Source of the DNA: Bacillota bacterium
GTDB lineage: Bacteria > Bacillota_I > Bacilli_A > RF39 > UBA660
Assembly: GCA_015059285.1 (NCBI GenBank)
Contig: SVAS01000004.1
Span: 28,782-92,781 of the forward strand
DNA length: 64,000 bases
Reading direction: 5' to 3'
Of the stretch, positions 52,259 to 62,046 are shown piece after piece. Both the position numbers and the translations under genes were made by a program. Numbering within the stretch: position 1 is the stretch's first letter; every line of letters begins with the position of its first letter. Below the pieces are notes generated by a model. It was not told where the DNA came from, made no database searches, and worked only from the letters and a program-made list of their open reading frames with translations.

Positions 52259-52981
52259 GTGACACCACATATTGAAGCTAAATTAGAAGATATTGCAAAA
52301 ATAGTAATAATGCCGGGAGACCCTAAAAGGGCTACTTTTATTGCTGAAAACTATTTAAAAGATTATAAGCTAGTTAATGAAGTAAGAGGCATGTATGCTT
52401 ATACAGGTTATTATAATGATACTCAAGTTACAGTTATGGCATCTGGAATGGGTATTCCTAGCATGGGAATATATGCTTACGAATTATTTAAATATTATGA
52501 AGTAGAAAAAATTATTAGAATTGGTTCTTGTGGAGCTTATTTAGAAGAATTAAACTTGTTTGATATTATACTAGCTGAACAAGTATATAACGAAGGAAAT
52601 TTCGCACTAACTTTAAATAATGATCGTTGTCATTTAATTAGTGCATCAAAAGATTTAAATAATAAAATTAAAGAGACTGCCCAAGCTAATAATATTAATT
52701 TATATGTTGGGGATACTGTGTGTACTGAAGTTTTTGATTTATATATGACAGATATAGAAGAGTTTTTAAAAAGAATTCCAAGTGGTTTAAATATAGTAGC
52801 TGCTGAAATGGAAGCTTTTGCCCTTTTCTATATTGCTAAAATGTTTAATAAAGAGGCTGCTTGTTTAATGACTGTAGTAGATTCTAAATATATAAAACAA
52901 GTAGTAACACCAGAAGAAAGAGAAACACATTTAAAAACAATGATTGAACTTTCCTTAAAATCAATTGAAGAAGGTGAATAA
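52259..52981 (+). CDS. deoD: Purine nucleoside phosphorylase DeoD
   Basis: TPHI, PGDPKRA, GMGIPSMGIY, RIGSCG, EMEA. Confidence 0.92.
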   Translation: MTPHIEAKLEDIAKIVIMPGDPKRATFIAENYLKDYKLVNEVRGMYAYTGYYNDTQVTVMASGMGIPSMGIYAYELFKYYEVEKIIRIGSCGAYLEELNLFDIILAEQVYNEGNFALTLNNDRCHLISASKDLNNKIKETAQANNINLYVGDTVCTEVFDLYMTDIEEFLKRIPSGLNIVAAEMEAFALFYIAKMFNKEAACLMTVVDSKYIKQVVTPEERETHLKTMIELSLKSIEEGE

Positions 52982-54241
52982 ATGAATTATGAAAAAGTAA
53001 ATACTATTGCTTATAATTTGCACTTAATAAAAACTAACAAGTTTAAAAACATTAAAATTAAAATTAATTTTAAAAGAAAAATGGTAAAAGAAGAAATCGT
53101 ATATAGAAATATGCTAGTTAATTTGCTTATGGAATCAACTAAAAATTATCCTAATGCAAGATTAATAGAAATTGCAAGTGAAGATATGTATAATGTAGGC
53201 TTTGGATCTAATAGTAGTAGTTCTGGAAACTTTCACATTATGAGTTTTGAATGTAATTTTTTAAATGAAAAATATACTGAAGAAGGAATGAATGAAAAAT
53301 CACTACAATTTTTCTTGGATTTTATATTTAATCCAAACGTGGATGATGAAGGTTTTAATGAAAAAGCTTTTAATATATCTAAAAGTATTTTAAGAGATGA
53401 CATTGTATCTTATGATGATTCGCCAGGACGTTATAGTAATACAAAATTGCTTGAGTTAATGGTTCCAAAGACTCCACTATCATATAACTCATTTGGATAT
53501 ATAGAAGATTTAGAAAAAGTAAACTCTAAAAATTTATATGAATATTATCAAAATGTGTTAAAGAAGGATTTAATTGATATTTTTGTTATAGGTGATATAG
53601 ATAAAAATGAAATTAAAAAATTAATAAAAGATAATTTTAAAATTAAAACTTTAAAGAAAGAAAATTCTAACCATTTCTTAGAAAATAAAAAGTATAAATC
53701 AAGGTTTCATGTAGTTAAAGAAACAAAAGAATTAGAGCAAAGTATTTTACTTATGGGATATAAATTAGAACAAATGACCAAAAAAGAAAAAATGTATGTT
53801 TCATATATGTATTCATACATTTTAGGTGGAGGTCCAGATTCTAAACTATTTAAAATAGTTAGAGAAAAAAATTCACTATGTTATAGTATAAGTGCTAGTA
53901 TTTATGGTGTAAGTGATCTAATGATAATTAGATCAGGAATTAATGCTAAAGATGCCAATAAAGCTATTAAGTTAATTAAACAACAAGTTAAAAAGATGCA
54001 AAAAGGGGAATTTGATTTAGAAGATATAGAAAAGGCAAGAACTACCTATTTATCTTCTTTAAAAGGATTAGAAGATTATCCATCATCTATTTTAAATATG
54101 TATGTATCTAAAGAGTATCTTGATTATGACGTAGCAACTGAAAGATTAAAAGAAATAGAAAAAGTAACAAAAGAAGATATTATAAATCTTGCTAAAAAAA
54201 TTCATCCAGATACTATATTTATATTAGAAGGGAGTAAATAA
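52982..54241 (+). CDS. M16 peptidase-like inactive subunit (YmfF-like)
   Basis: ILGGGPDSKLFKIVREKNSLCYSI; paired with next gene. Confidence 0.85.
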   Translation: MNYEKVNTIAYNLHLIKTNKFKNIKIKINFKRKMVKEEIVYRNMLVNLLMESTKNYPNARLIEIASEDMYNVGFGSNSSSSGNFHIMSFECNFLNEKYTEEGMNEKSLQFFLDFIFNPNVDDEGFNEKAFNISKSILRDDIVSYDDSPGRYSNTKLLELMVPKTPLSYNSFGYIEDLEKVNSKNLYEYYQNVLKKDLIDIFVIGDIDKNEIKKLIKDNFKIKTLKKENSNHFLENKKYKSRFHVVKETKELEQSILLMGYKLEQMTKKEKMYVSYMYSYILGGGPDSKLFKIVREKNSLCYSISASIYGVSDLMIIRSGINAKDANKAIKLIKQQVKKMQKGEFDLEDIEKARTTYLSSLKGLEDYPSSILNMYVSKEYLDYDVATERLKEIEKVTKEDIINLAKKIHPDTIFILEGSK

Positions 54242-54242
54242 A

Positions 54243-55523
54243 ATGAAAAAGATACCCTTATCTAAAGTTGATGTTGATGTTTTTTATGAGAAACTAGATA
54301 ATGGTTTAGAAGTTTATATTTCTCCTAAAAATAATGTAAATAATATATATGTTACTTATTCTACTAAATACGGTTCTAATCAAAATGATTTTGTTCCAAT
54401 AGGCAAAAACAAAATGATTACAGTACCTCTTGGTATAGCTCATTTTCTAGAACATCAATTATTTAATCAAGAAGATGGTACTGATGTTATGACTTTCTTT
54501 AGTGAAAGAGGAACAGATGTAAATGCTAATACTAATAAAATAAAAACAACATACTTATTTTCGGGTCCTGATTTTTTTGAAGAAAATTTAAAATTTTTAT
54601 TAGAATATGTGGAAAAACCTTATTTTACAGATGATAGCGTTCAAAAAGAAAAAGGTATTATAGAACAAGAAATTAAAATGTATCAAGACAAACCTTTTAC
54701 ACGTTTATATGAAGGCATTACTTATAATGCATTTCATAAACATCCAATAAAATATCCTGTTATTGGAACTATTGAAAGCATAAATAAAATAACAAAAGAA
54801 GATTTATATACTTGTTATAATACTTTCTATCACCCATCTAATATGGTTTTAGTAATCACTGGAAATGTTGACTGTGAAAAAACTATTGAAATCATTAAAG
54901 AACATGAAAATAAAAGAAATTTAGAAAAAGCAAAACCAATCAAATTAGAAACATATAACGAAGAAGATACAGTAGCTAAAAAATCAGAAGAAATAAATCT
55001 TAATGTTACTATTCCTAAAGTCGCAATCGCTTTTAAAATAAATGTTGAAAAATTAAAAAAAGTTCCTAAAACAGAAATTACAACATATCTCCAAATGTTA
55101 TTTTCTTTAAAGCTAGGTGTTACTAGTGAATTTGGTGAAAAACTTAAAGAAGAAAGAATAATTACAACTTCTATTGATAGTTATGTTTTGGATGCTGATA
55201 AACACGCTTTAGTAATAGTAGCAACAGAATCTAAAGAGCCTAAAGAGTTTATTAAAAGAGTAAAAAAATACTTAGTAGATTTAACTATCACAGAAGAAGA
55301 GTTAGAAAGAAGAAAAAAAGCTTATATTTCAGAAGCTTTATTTGCAAGTGATCGTATTATAAGAATAAATCATAAAATTATGAATAATGTTGTAAAATAT
55401 AATAAATTATTTACTAACGATATTGAAATTATAGAGAGCTATAATATTGATAAAATGAATTATATAATAAAAAATATTAATTTGGATAATTATACAAATT
55501 ATATAGTAAATCCATTAAAATAA
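54243..55523 (+). CDS. M16 zinc peptidase (YmfH-like)
   Basis: GIAHFLEHQLF, KEKGIIEQEI, FYHPSNM. Confidence 0.9.
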   Translation: MKKIPLSKVDVDVFYEKLDNGLEVYISPKNNVNNIYVTYSTKYGSNQNDFVPIGKNKMITVPLGIAHFLEHQLFNQEDGTDVMTFFSERGTDVNANTNKIKTTYLFSGPDFFEENLKFLLEYVEKPYFTDDSVQKEKGIIEQEIKMYQDKPFTRLYEGITYNAFHKHPIKYPVIGTIESINKITKEDLYTCYNTFYHPSNMVLVITGNVDCEKTIEIIKEHENKRNLEKAKPIKLETYNEEDTVAKKSEEINLNVTIPKVAIAFKINVEKLKKVPKTEITTYLQMLFSLKLGVTSEFGEKLKEERIITTSIDSYVLDADKHALVIVATESKEPKEFIKRVKKYLVDLTITEEELERRKKAYISEALFASDRIIRINHKIMNNVVKYNKLFTNDIEIIESYNIDKMNYIIKNINLDNYTNYIVNPLK

Positions 55524-55562
55524 ATCACTTGAAAACAAGAATGGTTTATGATAAAATGTATA

Positions 55563-55677
55563 TAGATGAAGTTATCTTCATAAAATAAAAAGGAACATTC
55601 AATATTTGCACGTTGAGTGTTGCCATAAATATGGTGTTCACCTAATTCAATGCTGAGTTAGGTGATTTTCTTTTCAT
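55563..55677 (+). ncRNA. Putative antisense antitoxin RNA
   Basis: TTGAAA-17-TAAAAT promoter (55529-55557), no ORF, terminator TCACCTAATTCA..TGAGTTAGGTGA-TTTTCTTTT; convergent with small toxin ORF. Confidence 0.55.
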
Positions 55678-55757
55678 ATCAAAACTATAAATAGTAATAA
55701 TACTAGTAGGAAGATAAGTATGATTAATGAAAAGATTAATAAATCCTTCTTAAACAT
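55674..55757 (-). CDS. 27-aa hydrophobic peptide, putative type I toxin (MFKKDLLIFSLIILIFLLVLLLFIVLI)
   Basis: AGGAGG RBS 7 nt before ATG; TTGTCA-16-TATAAT promoter (55846-55819); below the ORF-track size cutoff. Confidence 0.7.
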   Translation of the reverse strand: MFKKDLLIFSLIILIFLLVLLLFIVLI

Positions 55758-55951
55758 AATATCGCCTCCTTCCTTTTTGGAATTTGGCAATCACCCAACT
55801 ATTAAATGTTCCTATATGATTATAGCAAACATTTGTCTTGTGACAAGGTGTTTTTAAACTTTTTAATGTTTAAAACTAAAATAGTAATTAATAAATATTG
55901 ATTTCATTAGTAAAATGTAGTAAACTATTAATAGTCAAAAGGAGGAAACTC

Positions 55952-56164
55952 ATGCAAACATTATTAATAATTGTATCAATTTTGTTAATAGCTATTGTTT
56001 TATTACAAAGTGGAAAAGCTGAAAGTGCTTCAAATGTTATAAGTGGTGGAAATGATAGTTTATTTGCTAATCGTAAAGAAAGAGGCGGAGAATTAGTTAT
56101 TACTCGTTTAACAATTCTTTTAGGAGCAGTTTTCTTTATTATTTGTTTAGTAATTGGTTTCTAG
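55952..56164 (+). CDS. secG: Preprotein translocase subunit SecG
   Basis: VLLQSGK...LFANRKERG.E..ITRLT. Confidence 0.9.
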   Translation: MQTLLIIVSILLIAIVLLQSGKAESASNVISGGNDSLFANRKERGGELVITRLTILLGAVFFIICLVIGF

Positions 56165-56262
56165 ACATTTACTAAACACTTTTTATAAAAATGACTTAAA
56201 TAATAGATATAATTCTATTATTTTTTCTTTTATTTTGATATAATTAAGAGTAGGGTGGAAGT

Positions 56263-57288
56263 ATGAAAAGTATTTATAATATTACATTAGAAAATTTAGA
56301 AAAAATTCTTGTAGAAAATGGTTATAAAAAATTTAATGCGTCACAAATATATGATTGGTTATATAAAAAACGTGTTAAAAGTTTTGATGAAATGTTAAAT
56401 ATTAAAAATGCGCTAAAAGAATTTTTAAAAGAAAACTATACTTTAAATACTATAAAATTAATTGATAAACAAATAGATATAGATGTTTGTAAATATTTAT
56501 TTGAACTTAATTGTGAAAATAAAATAGAAGCTGTATATATGAAACATAACTATGGACATAGTTTATGTATTTCAACTCAAGTTGGTTGTAATATGAGTTG
56601 TGCTTTTTGTGAAAGTGGTAGACTTAAAAAGGTACGTAATTTAGAAAGTTTTGAAATGGTTGAACAAATCTTAAAAATAGAAGAAGATTTAAATTTAAGA
56701 CTTACTCATTTAGTTTTAATGGGAATTGGTGAACCATTTGATAATTATGATAATGTTATTAATTTTATTGATATTATAAATAATCCTAAGGGAATAGAAC
56801 TTGGTTCTAGACATATTACTATTTCTACTTGTGGATTAGTTCCTAAAATAGAAGAATTCATGAACTATGATAAACAAGTTAATTTAGCTATTTCATTGCA
56901 TGCACCAAATAATGAAATTAGAAATAAGATTATGCCAATAAATAAAGCTTATCCTGTTGAAGTTTTAATAGAAGCAATAAATAAGTATATTAATAAAACT
57001 AATAGGAGAGTAACTTTTGAATATATTATGTTAAAAGGTATTAATGATAGTGAAAAGTGTGCCTTAGAACTTTCTAAACTTTTAAAAGGAATAAATTGCT
57101 ATGTTAATTTAATACCATATAATGAAACAAGTCATATTGATTTACAAAAAAGTTCCAAAGAACAAATTCTTAAATTTTATGATATACTAAAGAAAAATAA
57201 GATAAACGTAACAATCAGAAAAGAATTTGGTTCTAAAGTTAGTGCAGCATGTGGTCAATTAAGATCAATACACGAGGAGGGAAAATAA
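56263..57288 (+). CDS. rlmN: 23S rRNA/tRNA methyltransferase RlmN
   Basis: CISTQVGCNMSCAFC, MGIGEP, SLHA, AACGQL. Confidence 0.95.
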   Translation: MKSIYNITLENLEKILVENGYKKFNASQIYDWLYKKRVKSFDEMLNIKNALKEFLKENYTLNTIKLIDKQIDIDVCKYLFELNCENKIEAVYMKHNYGHSLCISTQVGCNMSCAFCESGRLKKVRNLESFEMVEQILKIEEDLNLRLTHLVLMGIGEPFDNYDNVINFIDIINNPKGIELGSRHITISTCGLVPKIEEFMNYDKQVNLAISLHAPNNEIRNKIMPINKAYPVEVLIEAINKYINKTNRRVTFEYIMLKGINDSEKCALELSKLLKGINCYVNLIPYNETSHIDLQKSSKEQILKFYDILKKNKINVTIRKEFGSKVSAACGQLRSIHEEGK

Positions 57289-58025
57289 TGGAATATGGTT
57301 ATTTAACAGATCCTGGGAAAGTGAGATCTCATAATGAAGACAGTGTAACTATAGTAAAAAACATAAATGATGAAATACTTTTAGCAGTAGCTGATGGTAT
57401 GGGTGGTCATAGAGGCGGAGAAATTGCTTCTAGTATTGCCATTAATAATATTGCTAAAAGATTTTCTGAAATAAGTAGTGTTGGCAATAAAGAAGATGCT
57501 ATTGCTTGGATTAAAGATATTGTAAGTGAAGCAAATGCTTCTTTATATAAATATACAAATGAGTTTCCAGAAAGCCAAGGAATGGGAACAACCTTAGTTT
57601 TAGCAATCTTAACTAAAGAGTTTTTATTATTTGGAAATATTGGTGATAGTAGTGGTTATGTTATTAAAAATAAAAAGTTACATAAAATAACTACAGATCA
57701 TACTTTAGTTAATTTACTAGTTAAATCTGGAGAACTATCTTTAGAAGCCGCAAAAGAGCATCCACGTAAAAATGTATTAATGAAAGCTTTAGGTGCTACT
57801 ACAAGTGTTGAAATGGATGTTTTTGATGTAGAGACAGATATAGAAGGAATTTTGCTTTGCAGTGATGGTTTAACTAACATGTTAGACGATGAACAAATTA
57901 TGAAAGTTTTAAATGAAGATCATACTGTTCAAGATAAATTAGCAAAGTTAATATTAAAGAGTAATAATAGGGGTGGAACTGATAATATTTCCATCGCATA
58001 TTTAATAAAAGGTGGTGTCAAATGA
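57288..58025 (+). CDS. prpC: PP2C Ser/Thr phosphatase
   Basis: NED, VADGMGGH, MGTT, CSDGL, GGTDNI. Confidence 0.9.
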   Translation: MEYGYLTDPGKVRSHNEDSVTIVKNINDEILLAVADGMGGHRGGEIASSIAINNIAKRFSEISSVGNKEDAIAWIKDIVSEANASLYKYTNEFPESQGMGTTLVLAILTKEFLLFGNIGDSSGYVIKNKKLHKITTDHTLVNLLVKSGELSLEAAKEHPRKNVLMKALGATTSVEMDVFDVETDIEGILLCSDGLTNMLDDEQIMKVLNEDHTVQDKLAKLILKSNNRGGTDNISIAYLIKGGVK

Positions 58026-59773
58026 TAATTAGAGGACAAAAAATTAATGATCGTTATCAAATTATTAGAACTATTGGCGAAGGTGGAATGGCTAATGTAT
58101 ATTTAGCTTATGATACTATTTTAAACAGGAATGTTGCTGTTAAAATTTTACGTGGAGATTTAGCAGGCGATGAAAAATTTGTACGTAGATTTAAAAGAGA
58201 AGCCATATCTGCTTCATCATTAACTCATCCTAATATTGTAGAAATGTATGATGTTGGTGAAGATGATGGCAATAATTTCATAGTTATGGAATATATTGAT
58301 GGAAAAACTTTAAAAAGTTTAATTAAAAAACGTGGAAGTTTAACTTTACCAGAAGTAATTGATATCATGTTACAACTTACATCAGCAATCGCATGTGCTC
58401 ATGAAAGTTATATTATTCACCGTGATATTAAACCACAAAATGTTATGATTTTAGATGATGGACGTGTAAAAATAACTGATTTTGGTATTGCTATTGCATC
58501 TAATGCAGCAGATTTAACTCAAACTAATTCAGTTATGGGTTCAGTTCATTATCTTCCACCAGAACAAGCAAATGGTGAAGGAGCAACTATTAAAAGTGAT
58601 ATTTATTCTTTGGGAATTTTAATGTATGAATTGTTAACAGGTAAAGTTCCATTTAAAGGTGAAAATGCTGTTGAAATTGCTTTAAAACAAATGAAAGAAG
58701 AAATACCTAGTGTATGTGAAATTAATCCTGAAATACCACAGGCAATTGAAAATGTTGTATTAAGAGCTTGTGCTAAAAACCCTAAAAATAGATATGATAG
58801 TGTATCAGAAATGCATGAAGATATTAAAACCTCATTATCTAGTGAAAGAACAGATGAACTTAGAATATCTTATAAATATCCAGAACACGATTTAGATGAA
58901 ACAAAAATCATTCCAGATCTTACTCGTTCAAAAAGAAATGAAGCTGTTGAAAAAGAATTACAAGAAATAGAAAAGAAAGATAAAAAAATTAATATAGCTC
59001 TTTGGATTACAGGTGGAGCTTGTGCTCTTTTAGCATTCTTAATTTGTTTATTTGTAATAATTATTCCAATGTTTAATAATGTTAAAGAAGTAAAAATTCC
59101 TGATGTATCAGAAATGAGTGTTGCTGATGCCGAAGCAGAACTTAAAAAACTTGGTTTAGAAGTTGAAAAAGAACTTAAAGAAAAAAATAGTGATGAAATA
59201 GAAGAAGATTTAGTTATTGGTACTAGCCCTTCTAAAGATAGAACTGTTAAAAAAGGAACAAAAATTCAACTTATTGTTTCAATTGGTACAAGTAAGATAC
59301 TAATTGAAGATTATAAAGGTAAAAACTATTATGAAATAAAAGGTATGTTAGAAGAAAAGGGATTAATAGTAGAGATTACTAAAAAAGAAGTAGAAGAAAA
59401 AGAAGGGGAAAAAGTAAAAGAGGATATTATTTTAGAACAAAGTCCTGCAGCTTTAGAAAAATTAGAAAAAGGAGATACTGTAGTTTTAACTATTCCAGAT
59501 ATATATACTAAATATCCTGATTTTGTTAAAGAAAAATATACAGTAGATGCTGCTCAAGCTTTCTGTGATAAACATGGTGTGACTTTAGTCGTTGAAACTT
59601 TATCAACAACAGATTATAGTCCAGGCAGTATTATTTCTCAAGATAGAGCTGCTGGTAGTCGTGTAACTAGTCCTACAACATTAAAAATCATAGTGGCGAA
59701 AGCCCCAGCAACTGATTCTATTCCAATCAATCCTACAACACCAGATGAAACTACAGATGGAGAAACTAATTAA
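58022..59773 (+). CDS. prkC: PASTA-domain Ser/Thr kinase
   Basis: GEGGMANVY, HRDIKPQN, DFGIA, TM, PASTA repeats. Confidence 0.93.
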   Translation: MIIRGQKINDRYQIIRTIGEGGMANVYLAYDTILNRNVAVKILRGDLAGDEKFVRRFKREAISASSLTHPNIVEMYDVGEDDGNNFIVMEYIDGKTLKSLIKKRGSLTLPEVIDIMLQLTSAIACAHESYIIHRDIKPQNVMILDDGRVKITDFGIAIASNAADLTQTNSVMGSVHYLPPEQANGEGATIKSDIYSLGILMYELLTGKVPFKGENAVEIALKQMKEEIPSVCEINPEIPQAIENVVLRACAKNPKNRYDSVSEMHEDIKTSLSSERTDELRISYKYPEHDLDETKIIPDLTRSKRNEAVEKELQEIEKKDKKINIALWITGGACALLAFLICLFVIIIPMFNNVKEVKIPDVSEMSVADAEAELKKLGLEVEKELKEKNSDEIEEDLVIGTSPSKDRTVKKGTKIQLIVSIGTSKILIEDYKGKNYYEIKGMLEEKGLIVEITKKEVEEKEGEKVKEDIILEQSPAALEKLEKGDTVVLTIPDIYTKYPDFVKEKYTVDAAQAFCDKHGVTLVVETLSTTDYSPGSIISQDRAAGSRVTSPTTLKIIVAKAPATDSIPINPTTPDETTDGETN

Positions 59774-60603
59774 TGCAAGGTCAAATTATTAAAAATGTAA
59801 GTAATGATTATACTGTTTTATCAAATGAACAAAAATATGTGTGTAAAGCTAGAGGAAAATTTAGAAAACTAAATTTAACTCCTCTAGTTGGAGACCAAGT
59901 ATTATTTGATGAAAAGAATAATTACATCTTAGAAATATTACCTAGAAAAAATAGTTTAGTAAGACCCCCTGTAAGTAATATTGATCAAGTTATTATTGTA
60001 ACTAGTGTAAAAAGACCTGATTTTGATACAAATTTACTTGATAAAATGCTTAGTATTGTAGAATTTAATAATATTAAACCTATTATTTGTCTTACTAAAT
60101 TAGATTTATTAAACTCTAGTGAATTAGAAGAAATTAATGAAATAATTAATTACTATAAAAGTATAGGTTATAATGTTGTATTAAATACTGAATTAGATAA
60201 AATAAAAACTTTAATTAGTGAAAAAATAAATGTATTTACAGGCCAAAGTGGTGCTGGTAAAAGTACTTTGTTAAATAAATTAGATAGTAATTTAAATCTT
60301 AAAACAGATGAAATATCACTTGCTTTAAACCGTGGAAAACATACAACTAGACATACAGAATTAATTAATACATGTAATGCTTGGATTGCGGATACACCTG
60401 GATTTTCAGCGTTAGAATTTATTGATATGCAACCAAGTGATATTAGAGATAACTTTATTGAATTTAATACTTATAAAGATAAATGTAAGTATAAAGATTG
60501 TATGCATAATTTAGAAGATGTTTGTGAAGTTAAAAATAAAGTAAATGATAATACTATCTTAAAAAGTAGATATGAAAACTATTTGAAATTTATAAGAAGG
60601 TGA
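59773..60603 (+). CDS. rsgA: Ribosome small subunit-dependent GTPase
   Basis: TKLD, GQSGAGKS, RGKHTTR, DTPGF, Zn site. Confidence 0.95.
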   Translation: MQGQIIKNVSNDYTVLSNEQKYVCKARGKFRKLNLTPLVGDQVLFDEKNNYILEILPRKNSLVRPPVSNIDQVIIVTSVKRPDFDTNLLDKMLSIVEFNNIKPIICLTKLDLLNSSELEEINEIINYYKSIGYNVVLNTELDKIKTLISEKINVFTGQSGAGKSTLLNKLDSNLNLKTDEISLALNRGKHTTRHTELINTCNAWIADTPGFSALEFIDMQPSDIRDNFIEFNTYKDKCKYKDCMHNLEDVCEVKNKVNDNTILKSRYENYLKFIRR

Positions 60604-60606
60604 AAT

Positions 60607-61239
60607 ATGAAAATATCCGCATCGTTTCTTTCAATAAAAGAAGATATACAAAATAAAATAAAAAAATTAGATGATAGTAATATTGATTATATTCATTTAG
60701 ATATTATGGATAATATCTTTGTGCCAAATATTACATTTAATTTTAATGAAATGAATGAATTATTAAAAGATACAAAACATATGAAAGATGTTCATTTAAT
60801 GGTTAAAGATGTTAAAAGTTATATTAATGATTATAAGAATTTAAATCCAGAATTTATTACTTTTCACCTAGAAGCAGTAGATAACGTAAAAGAGATTATT
60901 GATTATATTAAAAGTTTTAATATAAAAGTAGGAATTTCTATTAAACCAAATACCAAGGTAGAAGAGTTATTAGAATATTTACCATTAATTGATTTAGTAC
61001 TTGTTATGAGTGTTGAACCAGGTTTTGGTGGACAAAAATTTATGGCAAATTCTATTGAAAAATTAGAAAAGTTATATGATATTAAAAAAGAAAATAATTA
61101 TCATTATTTAATTGAAGTAGATGGTGGAATAAATAGTGATAACGTTAAGTTTTTAAATAAAGCTGATATATTAGTAGTTGGTAGTTATATTACAAATAGT
61201 GATAATTATGAAGAGGCTATTAATAATTTAAGATGGTGA
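60607..61239 (+). CDS. rpe: Ribulose-phosphate 3-epimerase
   Basis: HLDIMD, DVHLMV, MSVEPGFGGQKF, EVDGGI. Confidence 0.95.
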   Translation: MKISASFLSIKEDIQNKIKKLDDSNIDYIHLDIMDNIFVPNITFNFNEMNELLKDTKHMKDVHLMVKDVKSYINDYKNLNPEFITFHLEAVDNVKEIIDYIKSFNIKVGISIKPNTKVEELLEYLPLIDLVLVMSVEPGFGGQKFMANSIEKLEKLYDIKKENNYHYLIEVDGGINSDNVKFLNKADILVVGSYITNSDNYEEAINNLRW

Positions 61240-61243
61240 TAAT

Positions 61244-61960
61244 ATGAAATTAACTATTATTGGCACTGGTGGTATGGCAACTAAATATAATAGTGCAAAT
61301 TATTTAATTGATGATAATATATTAATTGATATACCTAATGGAAGTTGTAAAGCTCTAAGAAGAATGGATAAAGATATTCAAAATATAGAACATGTTTTGA
61401 TAACTCATTTTCATGGAGATCATTATTTTGATTTACCTTTCTATTTACTTGCTAAAAACAAAAAAGAAAAATCAATAGCAAATATTTACACATGTAAAAA
61501 GGGTATAAAAAAGTCTAAAAAAATATTTAAATTAGCATTTCCAAATAGTGTTAAAAAAGTAAATAAAAATATGACTATTAATTATATTACTGATTTATCT
61601 TTTAAAATAGGTAATTATTTTATTGAAAAAATATTAGTTGATCATGGGAATTTAAAACCAGCTTATGGATATATTATAAGTGATAATAATTTTAAAGTAG
61701 GTTTTACTGGCGATACAAGTTATACTGATAGTATAAAAATGATGGCTGAAAAATGTGACTACTTAGTTTGTGATTGCAGTTTTAAAGTTGGAAATGATAA
61801 ACATATGGGAATTGATAATATTGTAGAAATGGCAAATCATTATCCAAACCACAAGTTTGTAGTTAGTCATTTATCTGATGCTTCTAAACTAGCGCTTAAA
61901 GATATAAAGTTAGAAAACATTATTGTTCCAGAAGATGGGAATATTATATTTGATAATTAA
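61244..61960 (+). CDS. MBL-fold metallohydrolase (RNase Z-like)
   Basis: THFHGDH, GDT, H motifs. Confidence 0.8.
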   Translation: MKLTIIGTGGMATKYNSANYLIDDNILIDIPNGSCKALRRMDKDIQNIEHVLITHFHGDHYFDLPFYLLAKNKKEKSIANIYTCKKGIKKSKKIFKLAFPNSVKKVNKNMTINYITDLSFKIGNYFIEKILVDHGNLKPAYGYIISDNNFKVGFTGDTSYTDSIKMMAEKCDYLVCDCSFKVGNDKHMGIDNIVEMANHYPNHKFVVSHLSDASKLALKDIKLENIIVPEDGNIIFDN

Positions 61961-62046
61961 ACTCTATTAAATTTAATAGAGTTTTTATATTTTCCTTTTG
62001 ATAGTGATTTTTTAATGCTATAATATTATTAGATAGGAGAGATTAT

